DNA of 64,000 nucleotides from Phaeosaccion multiseriatum. Lineage: Eukaryota; Protista; Ochrophyta, other classes. Below the pieces are notes generated by a model. That model was given only the letters and a program-made list of their open reading frames with translations, searched no databases and had not been told where the DNA came from. Shown piece after piece: positions 52,001-63,949 of the stretch (positions within the stretch are counted from its first letter, which is position 1; every line of letters starts with the position of its first letter). Position numbers and translations under genes: made by a program. The stretch lies in contig OZ218953.1 in assembly GCA_965112735.1 (NCBI GenBank), forward strand, positions 4,030,001 to 4,094,000, given 5' to 3'.

Positions 52001-52092
52001 GCGTCCGTAGATCAATTGGTTAGATCGTTGTGCTTATGCTCTCGCGAGTTCGAGCGACGCAAAGGCTGCGGGTTCGATTCCCGCCGGACGCA
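52001..52092 (+). tRNA. tRNA-Ile(UAU) with an 18-nt canonical intron (52039-52056)
   Basis: Acceptor GCGTCCG/CGGACGC, D-stem GATC/GATC, anticodon stem TTGTG/CGCAA with CT-TAT-G^A, T-arm GCGGG-TTCGATT-CCCGC, discriminator A. Confidence 0.92.
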
Positions 52093-52101
52093 CTCATTCA
52101 C

Positions 52102-52114
52102 TTTTTTTTTTTTT
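52102..52114 (+). terminator. RNA polymerase III oligo(dT) terminator
   Basis: T-run starting 10 nt downstream of the tRNA 3' end. Confidence 0.8.
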
Positions 52115-52684
52115 TCTTTTGGGACAGTTTTTACACGGTTTTTTGCGTTTTTTTTTTCTTCTTTTCCTCCTAACCTCGGCCCTGAGCCACCAGCCACAGC
52201 CCCAGACAACCAACAACCACTTATTAGCTTTCCTCCTCCTAGGTTTAAGAGGCGCGCGTTCCCCAACTGGCGGCAATCCGGATTCGAACATGCCCAGCCA
52301 GCACCTTTGAGACGCTCTCTTTGAGCAATTCCTCTCCTCTTTCCCTCGTCGCTCTTTGGCGGAGGATGCTAAACGCTTTGTTTGGTATTGGGGTCCCTCG
52401 TCATGCCGACGCCCGCGAGCAGCAGGTCGTCGATAAGGAACCCCCTTACGGGATACCATTTTGGTTAATTTTTTTCTCTCTCTCATCTTCTCTTTCAGCA
52501 TTCAGTTTAGTCACGCTCTCGTGAGTGGAGCTTCTCTCTCGAGGGGGAAGTGTTGCCTCTACAGCCTCAATTCGCTCGCTTTCGTACGTGCAACTGTCAC
52601 CATGCTCATAAATGGTCGTCAGTTCATAGTTTCAGTTTCTTCGTTCAGTTTCAGTTTCCTTTTAGTTCGTTCCATCTCCCTAAA

Positions 52685-53117
52685 TGTTGGAAGGCCTCAG
52701 ATGAGATGGGCCATAAGTCAATGGCCCAGGCCCAGGCAGATGCGGTGAGAACGGGTGGCGTGGCTCTCACTATCCTATGTGCGAAGGTGGTCGTTTAGGA
52801 CTAGCAGGCAATAAGTTAATAGAGGCAAGGCTGGCTGCTAGGCTGGCTTTGGGGTTGCTGTTACCTTGTCCGTGTGTCCAGTTCCATCCTATCTGTAGGC
52901 GACAGCGCATGTCGGTCGTGCGCAGCCATGTCGTTTTACAACCCCAAAGCCAGCCAGCCTCTAGCCTTGCCTCTATTAGCTTATCGCATGCTAGCCCTCT
53001 AAACGACCACCTTCGCACATAGGATAGTGAGAGCCACGCCACCCGGCCCGCTCTCACCGTATCTGCCTGGGCCTAGGCCATTGACTTATGGCCCATCTCA
53101 TCTGAGGCCTTCCAACA
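52685..53117. mobile_element. Second foldback/MITE-like element, ~175-bp imperfect TIRs, ~80-bp spacer
   Basis: TGTTGGAAGGCCTCAGATGAGATGGGCCATAAGTCAATGGCC... versus ...GGCCATTGACTTATGGCCCATCTCATCTGAGGCCTTCCAACA; no clear TSD. Confidence 0.82.
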
Positions 53118-54570
53118 GACAGCTCCCCGCAGGGCTTCTCGGGCTCGGGGCTTCTGGGCCATAGTCCCCTCCAGGCTTCGGGCTTCTGGCTGCAGGGCCA
53201 GCCAGCGGTCTGGGCTTCAGGCTTCTCAGAGGGGCTCAGGGGAGCTCAAGGGGGGGGGGGGGGGAGATTATGCAGGCTTCTGGCCGCAGCAGGCCAGCCC
53301 CGGGCTTCTTGCTTTCGGCCGCAGGCCGCCTCAGGCTTCTGCTTATCGGGGGGGGGGGCAGCCAGGCAGAGAAGCCCTGCGGGGAGCGAGCCGAAATTAA
53401 ATTGCAGAACCAGCCACCAGCCAAATAGCAAGCTGTAAAGATGTTCGCGACAATTGTCGTGTAGCGATGTTCCTTCTGCGAGAAGGTACGTAAGCTATTG
53501 CGTGTGTCAACTAATGTATTGTCCTTAACAGAACTCCATGAAGAGAGGCTCAGAGTCGAAGATCCCCAAGAGTGGACGTTATCAATATTGGGCATCCCAC
53601 AGACCCCAATAATGATCATATCACAACACAGCATCGCCCCCTTGCAATGACCGAACAAGATGATGGCTGCGGGAGTGGTTTCCTTCTTGGAGTTGAAAAG
53701 AGCCTTGGTTTGCCACATGAGGGACCGAGAGAAGAGAGAAGAAACGAAGACCTTGTTCCTGAAGAACGTTCACAACTATGGATGGGACTGAAGGCTTCTT
53801 GGCCGAGCTGAGGGGAGAGACACAAAGGTGAGCCACAGCAACATGCGAAGCTTGGGAACGACTCAGCAGCTCATCCTTGCTTGTTCTTCGTCTTGTCATG
53901 GCAGGCTAAAGGTGAAGGGGGGAATCTTTGAGAGCATTGGCTGGGAAGCACCTACCAGCGGGCGACGAATGGCGACCACACAAGACATTCAGGAGACTGA
54001 GATGATGCACATGTCTGCTGATGATTGAGAGAGAGAAAGGCGTCTGACATCGAGCCTGGCTGGTGGTAGTGGAGATGACGGCGTCCCTGAGGAGACGAGG
54101 GGCAGAGCCACGACATTTGATGGAGGGTCTCACGTGCAACACTGGGAGCCGTCGAGGCAGGAGCGAGTGCCACCAGCAGCCATTAGCGGCAGCAGCAGCC
54201 ATTAGCGGCAGCAGCCAGCGTTAGCAGCACCAGCATCAGCTGCAGCAGCGACGAGGACGAGGATGAGGAGGATGCTGCTGCGAAGGCACGAACATCAGCA
54301 GCAGCATGGAGGAATCTCCTGACGGGTGGCACGAAACCCCGGGAGGTAAACTCTTCGACACTTGTGCCACAGCCGCCTGCGGTCGCGACTGCAGCAACGG
54401 CCATTGACCTTCGGAGTGTGAAGGATGCAAAGGGGAGGCGGCTGTCGAAGCGACGAGCACGGCAACAAGCTCTGGCGCAGAGGCTCACCAGCCTGCCATC
54501 AGCGGGACAGCAACTACAATGTAGACGGCGATACGATGTCGAGGGGTCGACAGATGGCTGGCTGTATCTG

Positions 54571-56820
54571 CTGTGAAGAATGATAAAGGCGGCGCAGCAG
54601 TATGGAATCACCAAGACTGCTCTGGAGTATAGAGTCCGGAACAGCACGCTCAGCTTGGGGGTACCTTCCTCCTCTTCGGCAGAGGGAGGTAGCGACGCTG
54701 AGATTCGAACTCTCTCTTCTGCAGCACAATCCTTGTCGCTGGGCGTTCTTTGCCGCGTTCCGTGTCAAGGGGGGGAGGGAGTATGGACGCCTCAGCTCCG
54801 TCCGGAGATGACGACGAGAATGAGGACACTCGAATCAGGTGTCTGATGATGTGGAACCGTCATCCGAATGGAGCCCTATCTGGAGGAGAAGGCGTGTTGG
54901 CTCCAGATTTAGGAATGGAGCCGGATACTTACGTACGCCATTTCAGACTTCAGGTATCGGAGTGAGAAGCATGAGGAGGCAGGAGCTGCGCCGACGGAAA
55001 GCCGAAGAAGAGGCTCGGAAGAAGGACGAGGCCGAGCAGGAACGACAGCGAAGGAAACAATGGGAACGAGAGATGGCTCCAGACATCATATACATATTGG
55101 GAATACAGCACGAAAGCCGTGTGGGATTGAGCTTTGTGAGGAGCTTGATCGCAGAGGACAGGGTAACAGCAGTGATGTGACCGTGAACGGATGGTGCTCG
55201 TCATTCGCATGCTTTAGGGGCTATGCGGAGCAGGACAAGGAGAGGTTGCGTCAGCAGACAGCAGAGGAGGAAGGAGCAAAATTGCGTCAGTTGGGTACCA
55301 TGCATTGGCAGCAGCAGCAGCAGTCAGTGTATCAACCGCCGCAACAACCACCAGAACCTCCTCAATGCACTCAGAGGCAACCTCGGGCCGCTCAGCACTG
55401 GCGACATCGGCCCAACCCAGCAGCAGACAGAAGAGACGACGATGCTTCAGCAGCCCAGTGAGCGAAGAGGGTCTTCCCATCACGGACACCGCAGCGACAG
55501 TGGCAGCTCATCATCCGTGACAGTCACGCTTGTAGAGGACGGCAGTCGAGGGATGAGCAGCACTCTCTGCCTCAGCTTCAGCATACAGAGAGCTCTCAAT
55601 CGCGACAGCAAGAAAGGAAGCGTCGTAGACTGCTGGAAATGGTGCTGCAGCTGAGGGAAGACGCTATGAAGCGCCTTGACTCCATGAAGAGGATACTGCA
55701 AACACCAGTCAGCCACCAGCAACTCTCTCCTCCTTCTCAGCGTATGGAGCGGACTCCTTCACCATCTAGAGCAAGTACCCAGCAGTCGCAATCAAAAACG
55801 TTATTGCATCAGCGGCTGCAGGTGGAGAAGGAGAAACAGTGGCTGCAGGAGGAGGAGGAGAAGGTGAAACAGCAGCAACAGCGCTCACAGCGTCAACAAC
55901 AAAAGCTGACCAGTGGCGGGCCACAGCAGCTGCTGCACCATCGGCAAGAGCGAGCACCGCAACAGCAGAGACTGGAGCAAGACCCGAAACGTGAGGGACA
56001 GCTCGAGGTGCAGGAGAAGCAGGAGCCGCTGCTATTGGAGCAAGAGATGGTGAAGGAAGAGCAGTTGCAACTGGGGGGAAAGGAGGAGAAGACACTTGAT
56101 CAGCAGCAACTGCATGAGGATGAGACGCAGAAGAAGCAGAGGCAGCTGCTGGTGAAGGAGGAGCCTCTGCAACTGCAAGAAGAAGGGAAGGATGAGGAGC
56201 TAAAGTTGCGATTGGGGAAGGAGGAGTCAACACTGGTGGTGCTGCAGAAGCGCGAGATTGAGCTGCAGGCCTCTCTACAGCAGGATGTGGAGGAAGAGGA
56301 GGGCAAGGGAAGCTCCGCTGAGTGGGAGGAGCTTCATTTGTCTTTGGGCCTGCCGATGGTGGACGCGAACGGGCCTCAGCGCTTAGGTCAGCTGTACCCT
56401 GGGCGGATGGCACCAGTTGGCATTGGTACTACCGGGAGGTTATCACCCTTCAGTCATTGGCAGCTTTTGTGGCAGTACTTGTGGATCTTGGATGGGCATG
56501 CAAGGGCGCGGAAGCTCATGGAGAGCGAGAGATGGCAGCAAATAGCGGTAGCTATGGGGAATGACTGAGAGGGAGGGGCAGCTGATGATGGTAATGGTGT
56601 GCCTCTTCCACATACTGTGTCTCGTGTCTCACAGCTGACAAGGGAGAGACAGTAGCTCTCCTTTAAACCAGCATTGGTCTCTTCTCTCCCCTATAGAGAC
56701 CGGAACAGCACGCTCAGCTTGGGGGTACCTTCCTCCTCTTATTGAGACACCTGCGAGATGAGAGTACAGTGCGTCATCAATTGAGAGCAGGGTTTGGTGT
56801 AAAGAGTATATATCACAACG
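54571..56820 (+). mobile_element. Possible degenerate retroelement-like unit: 49-bp direct repeats bracketing broken ORFs and a 309-codon Q/E-rich ORF (55639-56568)
   Basis: 54628-54676 and 56692-56740 match at 48/49 nt; intronless coiled-coil ORF; no RT or integrase motifs seen. Confidence 0.4.
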
Positions 56821-57759
56821 ACGCCTTTGAGAGGCGATTGACTCTTCCGCAGCAGCCATCAGCTGCACGCATAGAAACCACTCTCATAGGCTGACATCCT
56901 CCGGCAGGCCGCAGGAGCTCATAGATCCCGCTGATCCCCACTGATGCATGTACTCGTGCTTACCGGGAGAGAGCGCAAGCCGGAGATTTTGCAGTGCGTG
57001 CCCACGGCGAGGTAGGCCAGCAGACGTGGCTCATCCTGCTCTTGTTCGTCCTCCGCGTCCTAGCTTGGGCTTCGGATGTTGCTGCTGCTGATGCTGCTCC
57101 TCCTGCTGCTGCTGCTGTCGTTTGTTGCTGCTTACAGCTGTCCGTCCTTTCCTCGCGAGACTTTTGGCGGAACAAAAAAACGTTACAAAATATCTTCCAA
57201 GTCAACAAATCCTCGGAGCCGCGGGCCCGGGGGGGGGGGGGGAAACTACGATCAGCAACAGCATCAGCCAGCAGCGCCATAGCCACAGGTAACAAGAGGC
57301 AGCGTGCCACTGCTGAGGAATCCCGCTTGGCACTCTCCCCTGTACTGTGTTTTGTATAGGTAGCGGAGGTGGCTGCTAAAGATATTTCCCTACACCTTGC
57401 TTTTGGATCTTCCACCTCCCCCCTCCTCCCCAGTATAAATGAGTACTGCCAAGAGCCCGAAGAGCCGGAGGAAGTCTCATGTGGCAGCCGTCTCCCGCCC
57501 CATCACGCTGCGATACGGCGGGGACAACACCGCCACTGGCGGATCATCCAGCCAGGGGCGGGAAAAGCTGGCTGGGGCCGGAAGAGCGGGGGGCGGGAAC
57601 AGTCACTACTGCTGCGGCGTTGGTCCTTCTCTCCCCTCTGATCCAGGCCCCCTCGCGGACGCCTCCCGGTTTGACGAGGAAGGAGAGGAACACCATGGGA
57701 CTCCTTGTTCGGCCCACTTCGGCCGCAAGGGGAGGGACGTGAGTGAGTGGAGGGCTTTC

Positions 57760-58730
57760 CTTCCGTGACTCCCCCTCGTCTCATCTCAATAAATATGCAT
57801 ATGTCTTCAATTCCCCCACAGAGATTGCCGACCAGAGCACCCTCGCGGCCAACCTGTCCAACGCACGTATGTACGTCAAGGACGTATCCGAGGGATGCCT
57901 GACATCAATGGCGGAGCAGGAGGGCATGGGAAGGAGCCGGAAATGAATGTACGCGGATTTTTCTGCACGCACGATTCGTGACCATCATGGTGGTGCACCT
58001 TCAAGCCCGCCCGCATGGAGGCCGAGGCATCTGAGACGGCGGAGAAGGTAAGGGATACATACACATACTCACCTTCTTCGGTATAATTTTCCTACTCTTT
58101 TCCTTGTTGCAGAGATAGATGTTCGCGACGGCTGTGTGTGAAGGAGGGACACGAGGCGTAGCTACGCCCACCGGGTATCCCCCAAGCCCGTAGAAGCCTT
58201 CAAGGACGCCTACGCCATCTCCGAGGACTTCCTAGAGACCTTTTCGGGAGGTCTGGCGTGCGACATGTCCTTCGCCAAGGTGCGTGCGCACTTCCTGACT
58301 TTCTGCTTATATATGTATTGCAGGAGCTTATGGTGAGAGAGTCCTGAATCAGGTGGTCAAGGACACTGAGGCCAAGGTCATGGCAAACGCGGCAGACTGC
58401 AGCCAGAGGCCGCAGCAGGCACAGACGGCAAAAGTGGCAGAGCAGCAGCAGCAGGAGCAGGAGCAGGAGGAGGAGGAATAGGAGCAAGAGGAGGAAGACT
58501 CACAGGCAAGGCATGAACATCAAGGAGTAACAACCTGCTTTCGGTGGCACGCAGCTGACCCTTGCTGGGGACGACGGACGAGGGAGTGTGAGGATGAAGA
58601 CGAAGATGGCGCTGACGGGTCTGAGCAGTCAGACGAGAGCGACAATGACGATGACTCTCTCAACGGAGAGACACTTCCACCGTCCCAGGAGGAGAGGGAG
58701 AAGGAAGAGAGGAGGAAGAATTGAGGTGAG
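57760..58730 (+). pseudogene. Spliced gene remnant of unknown family with stops and frameshifts
   Basis: GT-AG-bounded segments encoding HLNKYAYVFNSPTEIAD.., VEAFKDAYAISEDFLETFSGGLACDMSFAK and an acidic tail, interrupted by stops. Confidence 0.4.
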
Positions 58731-58912
58731 TGGGTGGACATGCAGCAGCGAAGTGCGCGCGTACTTTTCGTCGCACATGTACACTTTCTTCTTCCTATAT
58801 TCTTACCATGCCGCAGGTCCAGCATCAATACCACCCGCCGTCTGTATGTTGCACAAAGAGAGGGTGGGTTGGGGCGATATGGGCCGGGGGAAGGGGTTAG
58901 GGTTATAGGGTA

Positions 58913-59259
58913 TACACACGCACACACACACGCACACACACACGCGCACACACACACACACGCACACACACTCACGCACACTCACGCACACACACGCGCA
59001 CACACACACGCGCGCACACACACACACGCACACACCCTCACACACACACGCGCGCCCACGCACACACACACACGCGCACACACGCACACACGCGCGCACA
59101 CACACACACACGCGCGCACACACGCACACACACACGCACACACACACACATACACGCACACACACACACGCGCACACACACGCGCGCCCACACACACAAC
59201 ACACACACACACGCACACACCCGCACGCACACACACGCGCGCACACACGCAAACACACA

Positions 59260-59294
<35 letters not shown>

Positions 59295-59455
59295 GCGCAC
59301 ACACACGCGCGCACACACACGCGCGCACACACACACACATACACACACACGCACACACACACACGCGCGCACACACGCACACACACGCGCACACACACAC
59401 GCACACACACACGCACACACACACACACACGCAAACACACACACACACACACACG

Positions 59456-59512
<57 letters not shown>

Positions 59513-59630
59513 ACACGCAAACACACGCACACACGCACACACGCAAACACACACACACACGCACACACTCACGAACACACGCACGCGCGCACACACACAC
59601 ACACGCACACGCACACACACACACACACAC
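58913..59630. repeat. Long (CA)n/(CG) compound microsatellite
   Basis: ~715 bp alternating purine-pyrimidine tract. Confidence 0.97.
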
Positions 59631-59791
59631 GAGACCCGGCCCAGAGGCAGGCCCTTTCTCAACGACGCCCTCAACCAGAGCCCCCCCCCCCAGAGGGCCA
59701 CCTGTCCACCTGTGAGGTCGAGGGGATCGGGTCAGAGATTAGAGGTTCCAAAGTCCTTGATGCTTGAAGGCCTCAGACTAGGTAGGTGACC

Positions 59792-62700
59792 TTAATATAT
59801 ATTATACTGAGTATTGCTCCTGCAACGAATATGGAGGTTGGCGAAGGTCCTGCCGCTACGACCGCCACCACCCCCCCCTTCCTCCACCCCTTGCCCCCCC
59901 CCCCCCTTCCTCCACCCCTTGGCCTCCCCCCCTTGCTGCACGCCCCCTCTTTGCTGCAACCTCTTCCATGGTGAGAACAGGCACCAAAAGCTGGTAAGGA
60001 GCTGCCACGGCTGCTGGTGCCCCTCCCCGCCCTCCGGCCTGAGGGCCACGAGCCACACGAGAGGCTGATCCTGATGCACCCATCCCCCCCACCGCAGGCT
60101 GCCGTCCTGCTGGTGCCACGGCTGCTGGTGCCCCTCCCCGCCCTCCGGCCTGAGGGCCACGAGCCACACGAGAGGCTGATCCTGATGCACCCATCCCCCC
60201 CACCGCAGGCTGCCGTCCTGCTGGTGCCACGGCTGCTGGTGCCCCTCCCCGCCCTCCACCCCCCCTTGCTGCAACCTCTTCCATTGTGAGAACAGGCACC
60301 AAAAGCTGATACGGAGCTGCCACGGCTGCTGGTGCCCCTCCCCGCCCTTCGGCCTGAGGGCCACGAGCCACAAGAGAGGCTGATCCTGATGCACCCATCC
60401 CCCCCACCGCAGGCTGCCGTCCTGCTGGTGCCACGGCTGCTGGTGCCCCTCCCCGCCCTCCGGCCTGAGGGCCACGAGCCACACGAGAGGCTGATCCTGA
60501 TGCACCCATCCCCCCCACCGCAGGCTGCCGTCCTGCTGCTGCCACGGCTGCTGGTGCCCCTCCCCGCCCTCCACCCCCCCTTGCTGCAGCCTGTTCCATG
60601 GTGAGAACAGGCACCAAAGGCGGGTCAGGAGCTGCCACGGCTGCTGGTGCCCCTCCCCGCCCTCCGGCCTGGGGGCCACGAGCCACACGAGAGGCTGATC
60701 CTGATGCACCCATCCCCCCCACCGCAGGCTGCCGTCCTGCTGCTGCCACGGCTGCTGGTGCCCCTCCCCGCCCTCCACCCCCCCTTCCTGCAGCCTGTTC
60801 CATGGTGAGAACAGGCACCAAAGGCTGGTAAGGAGCTGCCACGGCTGCTGGTGCCCCTCCCCGCCCTCCGGCCTGGGGGCCACGAGCCACACGAGAGGCT
60901 GATCCTGATGCACACCCCCCCCCCACCGCAGGCTGCTGTCTTGCTGGTGCCACGGCTGCTGGTGCCCCTCCCCGCCCTCCGGCCTGGGGGCCACGAGCCA
61001 CACGAGAGGCTGAACCTGATGCACCCACCCCCCCCACCGCAGGCTGCTGTCTTGCTGGTGCCACGGCTGCTGGTGCCCCTCCCCGCCCTCCGGCCTGGGG
61101 GCCACGAGCCACACGAGAGGCTGATCCTGATGCACACCCCCCCCCCACCGCAGGCTGCTGTCTTGCTGGTGCCACGGCTGCTGGTGCCCCTCCCCGCCCT
61201 CCACCCCCCCTTGCTGCAGCCTGTTCCATGGTGAGAACAGGCACCAAAGGCTGGTAAGGAGCTGCCACGGCTGCTGGTGCCCCTCCCCGGCCTCCACCCC
61301 CCCTTGCTGCAGCCTGTTCCATGGTGAGAACAGGCACCAAAGGCTGGTAAGGAGCTGCCACGGCTGCTGGTGCCCCTCCCCGCCCTCCGGCCTGGGGGCC
61401 ACGAGCCACACGAGAGGCTGATCCTGATGCACACCCCCCCCCACCGCAGGCTGCTGTCTTGCTGGTGCCACGGCTGCTGGTGCCCCTCCCCGCCCTCCAC
61501 CCCCCCTTCCTGCAGCCTGTTCCATGGTGAGAACAGGCACCAAAGGCTGGTAAGGAGCTGCCACGGCTGCTGGTGCCCCTCCCCGCCCTCCGGCCTGAGG
61601 GCCACGAGCCACACGAGAGGCTGAACCTGATGCACCCACCCCCCCCACCGCAGGCTGCTGTCTTGCTGCTACCCCTCCCTGTCCTGGGGCTTCCTCAGTA
61701 GTGCCAGCAGACGCAAGACGGGCTGCACGCCGGCGCCGCTCGTTGTCAATCGCAATGGCCTCGGCCAGCGCTGCCTCTGAGAGCAGGCAGTCATTCACAC
61801 AGCAATCCTGTAGACACGGGTAGTTTTCAAAGGGTCGAGTACCCCTTCGATTGCCTCTGTCCCGCCATTTCTCGGCCGGCACCAAGCAGGGACCGGCTTT
61901 CCCTCTCCTGTGGAACGCGGGGCCGAACGTTTTAGTGTTGAAGGTGTGGCCGCATTGTTGGCAGCGCGGGGCGTTCTGGCCTCTGATCATAGGGAGCACA
62001 AGTCCCTCAACAGTCGGACGCTTCTTCTTCCTCCTGCTCGGCCGACCCTCGCCCCGCCTCTGTCTTGCTCCGGCAGGAAGGGGTTTTCTCCGCTTGTTGT
62101 CCGCCGCGACGGCCTCAAGCACCTCTTCAGGGGAGAGCAGGCAGTCGCCCACACAGCAATTCTCTAGGCACGGGTGGGTCTTGTAGGGGCGAGCATCGCG
62201 CGGTGGCACCAAGCATGGATACCGGTGGCCTCCTCCGTGCCGCGAGTCTCGATGTACCGACGGGCCGTAGGTACGCGTGTTGTGGAGGTGCCCACAGGTG
62301 TGGCACAGCCGGGGAACTTTGCCGTCGGCAGTTTGCGTTGGCTGCTCCCGTGCTGGTGTCGTGCCTGTCACTCGTCTCACCCCTTCCCGTGCATCGCGAG
62401 CTGCGTCCACAGGGATGGCGGTCCAGGCCCTCCACTCCCGGTAGCTCTTGTTGCGGTCGTAGTGTATGCAGCCAACCTCATGCGGCCCTGTCTGCTTGTT
62501 GTAACGACGGAACTGAGGGTTGATGCTGCCGTTCCATCCCCTGGTGAATTGCAGTACCCCCCAAAATCGGCACCCGCGCGGCTGGTTATTGCTGTCACAC
62601 CATGACCCTCTACACTGCTCATCCCGAGCCCTTGTCGTCATCTCCACGAGAGTCTCGGTGGTGTCTGCCGCCACGCAACGCCCAGTCTTGGAGTTCCTCT

Positions 62701-63949
62701 TGCGATGGTCGTGGTCCTTGCACACACACTTGGCCGGGATCATGGAGGGGCACTCACAGCCCTTCTCGCTGCAGGCATTGGCTGTAGTAGGGGTGGAGAA
62801 CAGGGATGGCTGGACTGAGCTAGGTCCTGGGGGGGGGGGACTTACGACAAGCAAGGCAAAGTAATGTCTTCCTCACCTCTCACTTGGTAGTACCCTTTCA
62901 TCACCCCGATGGCCTCCTTCATCAGGGGATTGAGGCTGTCGTCCAGCAGCCTCGTTTCCCAGTCATCAGGCACGATGACCTCGACAGGCTCCTTGACACC
63001 GTCCTCCCTTGTGACGCTCAGAGACACCGTCCTGGCATCCTTGGTGTTGAGCCGTCGCTTCTCCTTCACGGCTCGCTGCTCCAAGTCCGTGAGCCCCGCG
63101 AAGTCCAACCCCGTCCAGCCCTCCGGAAGCACCACCCGGACGCACCGACCTTTCTCATCCGTAACGTACACGGTCCGACTGCGTTTAGAGTTCAGCTCCG
63201 CCCTTCTCTCCTTCGCCAGCCTCACCAGCTCCGTGTCCTCACGGTCGTCGCTCTCGGCCCCCTTCGGAGGAAGGACAACCTTCGTACGCTTCCCATTCCG
63301 TGGCGTGACGTAGAATGTGCGAGCTGGTATATGGGGTAGGGTATGGGAATAGGGGAGGGGATGGGGTGGGAGGGGAGGGGAGGGATGAGGGGAGGGACGA
63401 GCGAGGGGGAGGGGGCCATAGTGTGGGGAGTGTAAAGGGTGTAAAGGAGGGGTGGAGAGGAGAGGGGAAAGGGCGTGGGGAGGGGAGGGCGGAGGGATAT
63501 GAGATGGCAGTGTGGCCTACGGTGCACTCACGACGGCGAAGCAAGGAACCTCTGTTCGACGGCCCCATCCACTCCGATGCATTTGATTTACCTCCAAGTG
63601 CACAAACCGAAGAGTACACCTCCGACAGCGTGGGCACGCGTCCATGCCAATCGCCCAGGCCAGAGCAGGCAGAAGGCGGGTGTTGCTGAATGTGGTCGCC
63701 ACAGTAGACCCTGATCTCCAGGCACGGATGCTGGTCGTAGGGCATATCGGGGGCTTCTTGCATCGCGCGGAGGAGCTGCTCCCGTGGGCTGTAATAGGGG
63801 GGGGCTTTCTCAGTGGCAGTGCCATGAGGACAGCCCCCGCTTTTGGTCTGTGTCCCTAACATGGTGCCGCCGTTGCCCTGCCCTGGAGAATGTCGATTGG
63901 ACCCAATCAGCTCGGATGCCACGGCCTCCAAGTCCTTTCGGTTCGCCAT
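59792..63949 (-). CDS. Large hypothetical protein: three ~48-aa repeats, Cys/His-rich region, duplicated CxxCGH domain, minisatellite-encoded tail
   Basis: Exons ~63949-63531, ~63323-62884, ~62810 onward splice in frame through GT-AG sites; probable frameshift at the poly-C run near 61435. Confidence 0.6.
59940..61670. repeat. Modular GC-rich minisatellite within the ORF
   Basis: Core GCCACGGCTGCTGGTGCCCCTCCCCGCCCTCC recurs ~18 times, joined by a few interchangeable modules. Confidence 0.92.

Noticed and set aside
54580-54640. HTH-psq-like peptide (KAAQQYGITKTALEYRV) suggesting a pogo/Tc5 transposase
   Set aside because: Too short, and no downstream CENP-B or DDE domain is visible
58734-59789. 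Long HT/CV-repeat ORFs on both strands
   Set aside because: Artefacts of the (CA)n tract
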